Assembly (NCBI GenBank): GCA_012862495.1
Contig: BLSG01000149.1
Location: forward strand, 35,387 to 80,205
Origin: Thraustochytrium aureum
Lineage: Eukaryota
Reading direction: 5' to 3'
Length of the DNA stretch: 44,819 bases
The position numbers and the translations under genes were made by a program. Below are positions 20,647-30,800 of the stretch, one piece after another. Numbering within the stretch: the stretch's first letter is position 1; each line of letters begins with the position of its first letter. The notes beneath the pieces were generated by a model, which worked only from the letters and a program-made list of their open reading frames with translations, searched no databases and was not told the DNA's origin.

Positions 20647-22071
20647 CTAGCCGTTGGAGGGCTTCGCCGCGGCCGGGTTGGAAAAGTCGGGCATGCGCAG
20701 CGTCGTAGGCTGAAACCCCAGCTCCTCAACCGGGATGCCGTACTCGGCCAGCTTGTCCTCGTATGCACGAACCATGCCGTTGTGCTGATCCACGGCAGCC
20801 GCGATCGCGCGCGACAGGTCCTGGATGCCCTTGTTTTTGGCCTCGATGATGTCGTCCACCTTTTGCTGCACCCTACCGAGCGTGCTTGGCTCAAGGTTGA
20901 ACTGGTGCAAAATCTCGTTGAGGTAGCCGTCTGTCTTCTCGATCTCCTGCCCCAGGAGGCCGACTTTCTTTTCGAGCAGGAGGTTCTTGAACCCTGTCTT
21001 TTGCTGCACCTCGTACACCGTTGCCTGGAGCTTGTCGTAGAGCTCGCTCCTCTCCCTGGCGAGGATCTCGTACCGCTGGCCCAGCACTTCGTCCTCCCAG
21101 CGCAGCGCTTTGAGCTCGTCCTCAACAACGAGCAGCTCTGCTTTGGCTGCCGAGAGTTTGTCCTTGATGACTTTGTACTCGTCGAGCTCGGCGCGCAGGC
21201 GCTCGACGTCCTGAAGGGCCTTCTTCAGCGGCTCGGACATGCGCTTGTTCTCCTGGGCGATCTCAAACATGAGCTTTTCGTCCGCAGACTCCTTCTTCTT
21301 CATCTCGGCAACCTCCTCCTTGAGCGACTTGATCAGGTCGAGGTTGTTGTGCGTGATGTCGTTGTAATAGTTTTTGATCTCGCCAAACGCGCGCTCGTGG
21401 GTCTTCATCAGCTCGTCGATATGGCTGTCCTTGCGCTGTTCGATGCGGTGAATTTCGGCCTTGCGCCGGGCTTCGAGCTGCTCGCGCAGGACGCGCGCCT
21501 TGCGCTCGTGCTTGAGTTGGAGTTCTTTGGCGCGGCGCTCAAAGTTTTGCCGCAGCTCGGTGATCTTGCGGTCCTGCTCTTGCTTGAGCGACTTGATAAA
21601 GTCCTCGTGGCTCAGCTCGGTCTCCTTGAGCTCCACCTTGAGGCTGCGTTTGTCTTTCTTCAGGTGGGCCTCGGCGTGGCGGTGCTCGTCCTCCGCGAGT
21701 TTGAGCGAGCTGTTGCAGTCTGCCTTCACGTTGGTCACCTCGTTCTGGTGCTCGTACAGGAGATGCTTGACGCGCTGCTTGTACACCTTGACTTCGACCT
21801 GGTGCTTTTCTTCGAGGTCCTGCAGCTCGCGCTGCTTGTTGCGCACCTCGGCCTTCTTGTCCTCCAGGTTTTTCTTCTCGACGATCCAAAAGTAGTTGAT
21901 TTTCTCGCGCTGCTGCTGAAACTCGTTGAACTGCTGCTGCTCAAGCACGACTTGCTTTTTTAGCTCCTTGGCCCGCGCCAGCAGCTCCAGCCTGGCATCC
22001 GCGGGGCCAGCGGCGCCGTCGCCATCCCCGTCGCCGCCCTTTTTCTTCCCAGCCTTTTTCGCCTTGCCCAT
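20647..22071 (-). CDS. DRC4: Dynein regulatory complex subunit 4 (GAS8/trypanin)
   Basis: Coiled-coil protein with 'HQVEVKVYKQRVKHLLYEHQN', 'AFGEIKNYYNDITHNNLDLIKSLKEEV', 'EVQQKTGFKNLLLEKK' and 'YGIPVEELGFQP'. Confidence 0.95.
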   Translation of the reverse strand: MGKAKKAGKKKGGDGDGDGAAGPADARLELLARAKELKKQVVLEQQQFNEFQQQREKINYFWIVEKKNLEDKKAEVRNKQRELQDLEEKHQVEVKVYKQRVKHLLYEHQNEVTNVKADCNSSLKLAEDEHRHAEAHLKKDKRSLKVELKETELSHEDFIKSLKQEQDRKITELRQNFERRAKELQLKHERKARVLREQLEARRKAEIHRIEQRKDSHIDELMKTHERAFGEIKNYYNDITHNNLDLIKSLKEEVAEMKKKESADEKLMFEIAQENKRMSEPLKKALQDVERLRAELDEYKVIKDKLSAAKAELLVVEDELKALRWEDEVLGQRYEILARERSELYDKLQATVYEVQQKTGFKNLLLEKKVGLLGQEIEKTDGYLNEILHQFNLEPSTLGRVQQKVDDIIEAKNKGIQDLSRAIAAAVDQHNGMVRAYEDKLAEYGIPVEELGFQPTTLRMPDFSNPAAAKPSNG

Positions 22072-23035
22072 TTCTCCCAGCGCCAAGCCCGGGGTGCGCC
22101 TCACCGCCAACCCAGCTCGTCGGTTGGCTAGTCACCACGTCAATCAGCCCTGCTTCGCCACGTCTTGCACTCGCGTCGCTCGGCGTTCACGGGGGCCGCT
22201 GTGGTGGCGTTACGAGACCACCCTTCGACGTCGGGCGCCGCAGTCGACTCGATACCAACCAGGCGATTGTTCAGCGTCCGTCCTCGTCGGCGTCCACCGG
22301 GCGCCTTCCTTGGGCAGTGGCGCGACGCGCGAGCCGTCCTGTGCGGTCGCGCTTGGCTTGCTGGAGCACTTGGCTTGCTCGTCTTTCGTGTCGTCTGGCG
22401 TCGGCTTCGCGTACCGCGTTTGACGGACGTCCTGTTCAGTCGATGGTGGCGTACAAATTCCTCGCGTATCGCGGCCCGTTCTGGCACGTGAGGCTTCCTG
22501 TTCTGCCGCGTGTGGCGCCTGCCGCGCATGGGTCCTGCCTGGACCACCAACATCGGCAACAACGCATCGCTCCGCGCCCCAACCGACACATGGCGTCACT
22601 CTCCTCCTCACTACGTCATCTGCGCAACCTGTCTATCATTGTACTGTATTTCAATGCAAAGATAACAGCTTGCGTTAGGGTAGAGTCTTGACGCAAAATA
22701 CTGACCCCATCCTAACCAGCCTCATTATATCTTGACCCTAAATTCAATACCAATACCGTACGAGGGTCTTCCTGAATGCCAATATTGATATTCAGTTTTT
22801 GGATATTGAAATTCATGACCACGCGCTCAGTATCAATCGTCAGTACTCGCGCCCAGCGCGCTCCTCACTGCACTATCACACTCTTGACCTCTCCCCTCCT
22901 CACGCGCCTTTGCATATTGAAGTTCAGTATTGAGCAAGATGGTGTGCACTTGAGCTGTGGATTGCGTGCGAGAGCGGAGTTTGCTTCGAAAGTGAGACGT
23001 GGGGAGGACAATGTCGCGTGCAGTGCGAGCAGTTC

Positions 23036-23118
23036 CTGCCTGACTGGCTGCCTGCCTGTGTTTGCCTGCCTGCCTGCCTGCCTGTTTGCCTGCCTGCCTG
23101 CCTGTGTTTGCCTGCCTG
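23036..23118. repeat. Imperfect (GCCT)n microsatellite
   Basis: Directly visible. Confidence 0.85.
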
Positions 23119-23468
23119 TGAGCGTGCGGTGCCTGGCGTGGACGCGGCAGAGTCGCATCGCCGTCGCGCCTTGCCATCGTCCGTTTCGTGGCGCACATTG
23201 GCCCACAATCCCCTCCCTCGTTGCCTCGTTGCGACGCGACAGGCTCGGCCGAGCTGCCTGGCGTGGACTCCGTGAGAGGTGGAGAGCGATTGGAAGGGAA
23301 ACCGAGCTGCCACGACGCGCACGGAGGGCTTGTCGCGGCTCGCGGGTGGGTTGCCGGGCGGACGTTCTTGCGTACCGTCCTTGGCTTTGGCGCGCTGCCG
23401 TGCTTGCCGAGGAGCTCACAAGCGACGCGCGTCCGGTGCTTCCAAGGCGCTCCAGTGCGGACAGGGAG

Positions 23469-24134
23469 ATGGTCAAGGTGGTCAAGGTGGGCCCGGCGGG
23501 CAAGTGGCCGCTCGAGTGGGAGCTTTCGGTGGACACGGACAAGTTGGATGAGGCGCAGGTGGAGGCCGCTTTTGCCGCGCTGACCGAGGAGCTCGAGGAA
23601 ATTGACGGCGCGTACTACCGGCACGCTGTGAGCAAAGAGGACTGGGCCGAGCTGATGAGCGGCGCGCAGCGGATCTGCGCCGAGGAGCACGGCGGCGCCG
23701 TCACGCAACTGATGACCTGCCTCTGCTTTGGTGTGATGGAGTCGCCGGCGGACGCCTCGGCGCGCCGGATGCGGAACGAAATCCTAGAAAACCTGAACAA
23801 AGCCACCAAGGGAAAATTCAATCGCAAGGTCGAGTGGGGCGCCTCCTCGTTCAACGACAAGGTACGCCTCACCCTCAACGCGCGCAAGGCCTATGCCAAG
23901 TGGGTCGCCAACGACCGCGAGAAGATGCGCCGGCAAAACTCGGACCTGCGCAAACACAAGATGCGCAACTTGGCCAACGCGGGCCTCGTCGTCGGCAAGC
24001 TGGGCTTTGGCATCGCGAAGAGCGCCTTGAGGCCCAAGGTGCGCCGCCAGGCGAGCCGCAACAAGGCTGCTCGCCGCGCGGCTCCGCAGACTGCGCTAGA
24101 GACAGCCAAGGGCGAGCAGGACGCCGAGGAGTAG
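23469..24134 (+). CDS. Hypothetical protein, 221 aa
   Basis: Coding-like high-GC3 codon usage from the ATG at 23469 ('MVKVVKVGPAGKWPLEWEL...'), with a central 'MTCLCFG' and a basic C-terminus. No family recognised. Confidence 0.7.
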   Translation: MVKVVKVGPAGKWPLEWELSVDTDKLDEAQVEAAFAALTEELEEIDGAYYRHAVSKEDWAELMSGAQRICAEEHGGAVTQLMTCLCFGVMESPADASARRMRNEILENLNKATKGKFNRKVEWGASSFNDKVRLTLNARKAYAKWVANDREKMRRQNSDLRKHKMRNLANAGLVVGKLGFGIAKSALRPKVRRQASRNKAARRAAPQTALETAKGEQDAEE

Positions 24135-24433
24135 GCGGCGCCGCCTTACACCCGTCCTAGCTGGGCCCTCCGATGTCACACGATCTCGCTGGCCGTGTAC
24201 GCGGGCGATTCCGCACCACCGCCGTACCGCGGCCGCTAACCCCCCCGCCCCCCACCCACCGGCCTCGGCATTGACCTGAGTATTATTAGAAGCAAACCGA
24301 AATGGCAGAGGCAGGGGAAGGGAGAAAGAGGGGGCCGTGCCGCGGCCAGAATACTGAATACCTAAATTTTCAATTGTTGCACGTTCCATTCGACGAGAAC
24401 TGGCCTCCACGCGCCCTTGTGCGTTGCTCAATC

Positions 24434-25838
24434 TCAAGCCTCTCGCTCGTAAGGGGCGCTCGCATGGCCGTCGCCCGGGCCTGGCAATACCACCGTCTTC
24501 CACTCGTTCGGCTCGAGCCGCGCCTCAAAAGCCATGGAACCCGACCTTATGCGCAGGTTCACGGGCCGCAAGGCGGGGCGCATGCCCGCAGCCTCGCGAA
24601 TCGCGTCAACCAGGACACGGGGGAGCCCGGCAGGTGGCGTCGGCCCCGAAACGAGCCGGTCGTTCGCAAAGACCAGGACGACGCGGCCGTCCGGGCGACG
24701 AAACGCCGCGACCTCGACACCGTCCCGACCGAGATAACCGTCCGAGCCGACGCCGGTCACAGCGAGGCGCACAGATCCCGGAAGGACGAAACGAGACCAG
24801 TGCCCGAGGGCGTAAAAGGTCGGGTTTTTGAAGAAGTGCGTGCTGTTTTGCACAATGACAGGCGCGTCGACAAAGTTGCCCGCGTGGTTGGGACCTCCGT
24901 GGTCGTCGAGGCAGAGGTTCCAGTCAACCCACCCAGTGGCGTTGTTGTTCAGCTGGTGCAGCACATCGCGCATGTAGCGGTAGCCGCGGTCCCAGCTTCC
25001 GGGCAAGACCTGGTCGAAGCCGAGATAGCCGTTGCACTGCTCGGAGGCGAGCAAAAACTTGCCAGCCAAACCGCGGTTCGTCATGTTGAACCGCGAGCTC
25101 GCCTCGCGCACTTGCACAGCGCCGCCTGCAAGCCCACCAAAGAGCTCGGGCCCATCTTCAAAGGTCCCCGCAATCCCAGAGTACCAATGGTAGGCCACGC
25201 CGTCGATGAAACGCGACGCGTTTGCCGCCTCCGCGAAAGCCAGGACGGACCCGTACTGGTCGTCGCCGGCCATGAGGCGCGCATGCGGGAAGGCCGCCTT
25301 GAGGGCCGGCCCGAGGTGCTGCTCGATGAAGGCAACCAGGTCAGTGGGACGGTAGTAGGTGTTCTCCCACTTGTTGCCCGTCGGCGCGCCACTCGGCTCG
25401 TTCTGCGCCGTGTGGCCCCAAAGTTGGACGCCCCCTGCCGCGTACGCCTCCCAGAACTTGACCACGTACCTGGCGTACGCCGCACGCGTCTCCGGGTCGC
25501 TCTTGAGCGCCCCAAGCAGAAGAGTCGCCGCGGCACCCACACAGGAGTTCCGTTCTCGGCGCCCTGGCGCGGGCGGGCTCGCGCAAGTCTTCATCCAGAG
25601 CGGAACGCTCCACACGCTCGAGAAGACGCGCAGCGGCGCCGAACCGCGCGCCGCCTGGGCCAGCTTGATCATCTCCAGTTTGTAGTCGAGCCCCGGGGGC
25701 CGCGCCGAGTCGTCGCGCAGAGCAAAATGGCGCAGCTCGAGGTCGCCGGCGACTTGCGCGAGGCTGTACGACTCGCGCGAAAAGTCGCTCGATCCGATCG
25801 GCACGCGGCCCATCGAGTACCCTATCCCAGAGGGTCCA
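24434..25838 (-). CDS. Glycoside hydrolase family 30 glucosylceramidase (GBA-like). The N-terminus lies in or beyond the gap (possible ATG at about 26133)
   Basis: Motifs 'GIGYSMGRVPIGSSDFS', 'SVWSVPLWMKT', acid/base 'AQNEP', nucleophile 'LLASEQC', 'GWVDWNLCLDDHGGPNHAGNFVDAPVIV' and 'PTFYALGHWSRFV'. Confidence 0.92.
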
Positions 25839-26323
25839 NNNNNNNNNNNNNNNNNNNNNNNNNNNNNNNNNNNNNNNNNNNNNNNNNNNNNNNNNNNNNN
25901 NNNNNNNNNNNNNNNNNNNNNNNNNNNNNNNNNNNNNNNNNNNNNNNNNNNNNNNNNNNNNNNNNNNNNNNNNNNNNNNNNNNNNNNNNNCTCCACGGCA
26001 TCGCAGCCCAATCCTGCGCCGCACTGGCACACATCGCCGTGCCGCGCAGCGCGGAGAGCGCAGCGGGAGCCGCTCGGCCAACGCCGCGGCAAGCGCCAGG
26101 CCCGCCGGCCCGCAGCGCCAGCTGGATCCTCATTTGGGTTGGACGGGGATGGCCAAAACCAAACTGCACCAGGTCTGCGACCGCCCGTCGCTTGGCATCG
26201 CGCAGCGCAGCGGCGAAGCCAGGGCCGACGAGCGGCGTCCTGCCCGATTGCCCTGCCGCGTCCGCCGCTGCCGTTCTGCTTGTCCAACCTGGCGGCGCCG
26301 ACGGAGGATTGTTGGCGGAGGCC

Positions 26324-27682
26324 ATGGCGCCGGCCAAGTCGGCTCACGCGGCTCTCTCCACACTGCGAGCCGCACTCATGAATGCGTTGAGCGCTGCAAA
26401 GGTCGGCGCGGCTACGGCGCTTGAGAACTTGGCGCCGAGGAGCACAGATCCGAGGTCGGAGCGCAGGCCACCGCGACGGAGTTGGGGCCGGCACCCTCTC
26501 GCGCGCGTCACGCTCGGGGGGCTCTTGATCCTGGCTGCCCTGTCCGTCGCACAGATGCTGCTCGGGCACAGCGCCGCCAACGAGCGGGGGCCCGCTGCGA
26601 GCGGCTCCATCCGCGCTTCGAAGCGCTTGGCGGCCGGGTCGAGGGATCGCGCTGTCCTCGCTGCCAAGTCCCGCCAGGGCCGCCAGCGCAAGCACATGTG
26701 GGAAATCTGCCCTGGGCAGCCAAAGGTGCTTGCGCAGCCGTACTCGAACGTGTTCCACGACGTGATTGGGGCGCCAAGCGCGAGCAAGCGGCCAGCGCTG
26801 ACCAAACTGGACCTTGGCGACATTCCGGTGGTCTTGTCTGTGCCGCACGGCGCCACTGCCAAGGACCCGACCTTTTCGTGGCAAGAGCGCCACCTTCCAG
26901 AACGTGCTGGGGCGCGAGCCGCCTTCGACCCCTCCGACTTCCAAAGCCGCCTCAGCCGCGTCAGCACAGACACCAACACGCAGCAGCTTGCGGGGGAAAT
27001 CGCAGCCCTCTTCAGGAAGCGCTACAAGCAGCGGCCCTTCGTCGTGACGGCGCGCTTCCACCGCAAGTTCGTGGACGTGAGCCGGCGCATCAACGGCTCG
27101 CTGTCGTGCTGCCGCGAGCTTTGGCCAAAGTGCACCGCTGTGGCCGACTACGCTTTCGGCTCGGACGGCTCGGCCGACATCGACTGGGCCGCCAAGGTCA
27201 ACACAGCCCGCGACGTGTACGACGAGTACCACCGCAAGGTCACCGAAAGCATCAACGAAATCCACGACAAGTTTCCGGGCAAGCCGATCTGGTTTATTGA
27301 TATTCATGCGCAGAGGGCCGTCAGCGACGAGGAGCTCGGGATCACTGCTGACCAGTTGCTTGACACGATCATCGTAGGCACGCAGGACGGTCGCCTCGTG
27401 CGCAGCCGGCGAGCGCTGTATGCGCCAGGAGGGCTCCTGCACGAGCTTGGAAGCAAGCAGCGAGTCGCGATTTACCCGCCCTCCGACGCCGTTCCGGACC
27501 ACCGCCTCTACAACGGGGGCAACCTGGTGGCCACGTACGGGTTCAACAACACGTTGGGCGGTGAAGCCAACGCGTTGCAGTTCGAGTTTGGTTTCAACTT
27601 GCGCATGCATCCCAAGGCCCGCGCCCGCGCCGTGTCGGCGGTCGTGGACGCGCTCCACGCGGTTGTGGCCCGCGGCGTCTAG
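26324..27682 (+). CDS. N-formylglutamate amidohydrolase-like Zn hydrolase with an N-terminal membrane anchor, 452 aa
   Basis: Motifs 'IPVVLSVPHG', 'TDTNT', 'RFHRKFVDVSR', 'YDEYHRKV', 'FIDIHAQ', 'IIVGTQDG', 'YNGGNLVATYG' and 'ALQFEF'. Hydrophobic segment 'VTLGGLLILAALSVAQMLLG'. Confidence 0.8.
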   Translation: MAPAKSAHAALSTLRAALMNALSAAKVGAATALENLAPRSTDPRSERRPPRRSWGRHPLARVTLGGLLILAALSVAQMLLGHSAANERGPAASGSIRASKRLAAGSRDRAVLAAKSRQGRQRKHMWEICPGQPKVLAQPYSNVFHDVIGAPSASKRPALTKLDLGDIPVVLSVPHGATAKDPTFSWQERHLPERAGARAAFDPSDFQSRLSRVSTDTNTQQLAGEIAALFRKRYKQRPFVVTARFHRKFVDVSRRINGSLSCCRELWPKCTAVADYAFGSDGSADIDWAAKVNTARDVYDEYHRKVTESINEIHDKFPGKPIWFIDIHAQRAVSDEELGITADQLLDTIIVGTQDGRLVRSRRALYAPGGLLHELGSKQRVAIYPPSDAVPDHRLYNGGNLVATYGFNNTLGGEANALQFEFGFNLRMHPKARARAVSAVVDALHAVVARGV

Positions 27683-27832
27683 GCGCCTGACCGCACGGCT
27701 TGGCCACTGGGCTCGCTCGTCGCGTGACCGTTTGCAAGGTGGTTTCTGCGGGCTACAAAAAAAAGTATTGTACATGGATACCACCTCTGGCGAGATGTAA
27801 CTCGATCGTGACGAGAGCGCGCAAGCGCGCGG

Positions 27833-30800
27833 TCATTCGATGATCTGGTTCTGGCTCGCGCGCGGGTTCGAGCCTCGCAAGAGACCGACCTCAGCCTTCA
27901 GAGCCTCGATCTCCTGGCTCTGCGCCTTAACGAGCTGAGCAAGGCGCTTGGCCTCCTGCACCTCGCGGTACGACTGGCCCGCGCCCCCGAACCCGCGACT
28001 CGCGTTGGCAGTGTTGTTTAGCTCGACCTCCAGCTGGTGCTGGGTCTCGGTGAGCGAGGCAATCTCCTGAAGGAGAGCCGAGTTCGCACGCGTCACCGCC
28101 AAAAGCTCGGACTGGGCCTCCTCGATCCGTGAACGCGCCCCAGCAAACTCTCGTCGGTTGTCCTTTTCCTGCTCAAGGAACTTGGTCTTGAGGTCGCTCA
28201 TGGCCTTGCTTGTGCCCATCTTTTCGATCGTGTCGAGGTCGATGAGCTGCCCAAACTTTAGCATCTGGAGGTCCTCGCACTTGTCTTGGAGGGCGACGAT
28301 GTCGCCCTCTTTTTGGCGCTTCTCGCGCGAGAGTCTCTTTTGCGTGTGGTGCAAGCCTTTGTACTCGCCCTTCTTGGCCTTGTTCTCGGCGATCAGCTTG
28401 GCGATCCCACCATGGAGCTCTTGCAGCTCGTTCCGATCGAATACGAGCGCCGTCTCCACCGTGCTGGGGAGGACGAGGCGGCTCTTGCGCTCGCGGCGCC
28501 GAAGCGCGGCGCACCGCGAGCCGTGGATGCGCTGCTTGATGCTTTGGATCCGCGAAATCATCTGGTCCTGCATCGCGATTGCTTCATCCTCATCCACGTC
28601 GGCGGCGGCAGCGTCCATTTCGCCGAGAGCCTTGGCGAGCTCCTCCTTCAAGACGCCGATCTCCGGTTCCTCGGCGTCAATCTCGTGCTCGCTCTTAAAC
28701 TCGCTTTCAAGAAACGGCGTTGCGGTCACCTCTTCCTTGGACTCTGGCTTGCCGTTGCTCTTGGGGTCAATCAGGCACGCGATCTGGCTGAGCTTGAGCA
28801 CAATCGAGACGTCGATCTCGTTCAGCTTGCGCTGCTTCTCGTTTTGGAAGGCCTGGATCTCGACGACCGTGGCCATGAGGTCCTTGTCGATCTGCTTTTC
28901 GCGGCCGACGTGGCGGTCGTTCGCCTTTTTGAGCTCGTCGATCGCCTTGTTGAACTCGCTCAGAACCTCCTCTTGGTCGAGGCGTTTCTCGCGGAGCTCG
29001 AGCACCTTTTCGTACACGGCGGGGTCGCAACCGTCGGGGCAGCGCTCCTCCTCCGGCTCGCCTTCCTCCATCTCTTCCTCCTCCTCGTCGTCGTAGTCGT
29101 CGTCGTCGGACTCTGACTCGTCGTCTTCTTCGCCATCCTCGCCGCGCTGCTTTGCGCGCTTGATTTTGCGCTTGAAGATCTTGAGCAGCTGTGCGTTGGC
29201 GGGGTTGCTGTCGCCGCCGACAACGGCGTTGAACTCGTCCATGATTATGCGGTCCTTCTCCTGCCAGACCTCGATCTCTGCCTTCTTGGCCGCCAGGCGC
29301 TCTTGGCAGAGCGTGATCTCGGCCACCACCTCGGCTTTCTGCGCACGGCAGTTTTCCATCTTGGCAGTAAGGGAGACGTCCTTGCGCTCAAAGTCGTTGA
29401 GGAGTCGAAGCTCGCGCGCCAGCAGGATCTGCCGCAGCTCCGCGGCAACGAGGTCGGCGTTCAAGAGGCCGCGTTCCATGCGGAGGTCGTAGACAGCAGA
29501 GTCGAATGCCTTGACGGCAGAGAGGTTGCGGTTCAGGATGATGCTCTTCTCATGGATCAGCAGCTTGCGCTTGGCGTCCCACTCCTCCTCTTCAAACCGC
29601 GTCTTGGCTTCCGCGCAGACGCGTTCTAGGATGTGCTCCTGAAATGTGATCACGGGCATTGGTCCTGGCCTTGGTGGCGAGACAGCAGAGCGGTCGCCAG
29701 CCGCCGCTGACGAGGCCTTTGACACCTCAGAGCTCGCCGCTCCTGCTACGGCGGCGGCGGATTCGCTCGCATCAACTGCGGGGGGCTCAGTGCCTTGCTC
29801 GCCGCGCACGAAAGCGTCGAGCTGGGCCTCCGTAAACTCGAGGCGCTTCTCGGGCCACTCTTGAGGGTCGAGGTGCTCGGGGAGCCCAAGGGCTGAGTTG
29901 GTTTCGCCGAGCTGCGCATTGATCTCGAGGATCCTCTGCTGGTCTTCTCGTGCGTTCTCCACGATGCGGCGCTTGAGCTCGCGGAGGGCGAGAAACTTTT
30001 CGTTGAAGGACATGCGAAGGGCCTGGATCGACTCTGCAAGGAGGATGCTCTGGCGCTGCTTTTTCTCGGCGTTCACCTGAAGCTCGGGAGGGACTTGGTA
30101 GTCCTCTGCAGACTTGAGCTTGTAGTCACCCATGTTGTTCATGACCCACTGGATGGCAGCTACGTCGGCGGGGTCGTCCGCATCTTCCTCTGGCTTTTGC
30201 TCCAGGAGGGACTGCATTTGCGCCTTGCGCAGCCGACGCCCGGCCTTGCGCGCCTCCCACCCACTCGCTTGCTGCTTGCGCTTGCTGCCGGCCGCCGCCT
30301 GTCGCGCCGAGCTGGCGCCTTGGCCGCTGGGCGAGGAGCCGCCGTTGTGGCCCTCTAGCCTGCCTGGTGCTTCGCCATCGGCGGCGCCAGGGCTCAGCCG
30401 CCCGTCCAAAACGTCGCTGTCGCTCAGGAGGTCTCGGACCGCGGCGAGCGCGCTCTTCAGCGTGGTTGAAAAGCGGGCAGTTCGGAACGACTGGACGCGG
30501 TGCGCGTTGTTGAACGCTTTCAGGGTGATGCGGTCCACGACGAGCTCGTCTAGGAACGTTCGCTTGAGTTTGTCAAGCTTCACCTTGCTCACGTTGACGT
30601 CCCACTGCGTTTCCTTGATGACTTCCTCGAGCTGCGCGCGGCCCTCGGCGTCCAAAGACTCGATGAGCTCTGTGTCAATGTTGAACTCGGCACGGTCCAG
30701 CTGGGTCTCTGGCGCGTCCAGCTCGTTCTCGTGGAGGAGGGCTTCAAAGTCCTCTCGAAGCTGTGCGATGACCTTGCGCACCTTGTCCTTTTCAATCTCT

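Noticed and set aside
22776..23468. N-terminal extension of the 452-aa ORF
   Set aside because: It translates an AT-rich region and a GCCT microsatellite; coding-like bias starts only at 23469.
24302..27784. Apparent ~1100-aa ORFs on both strands suggesting fusions or overlapping genes
   Set aside because: Artefact of reading through the N-gap. The real genes are the divergent GH30 (-) and FGase-like (+).
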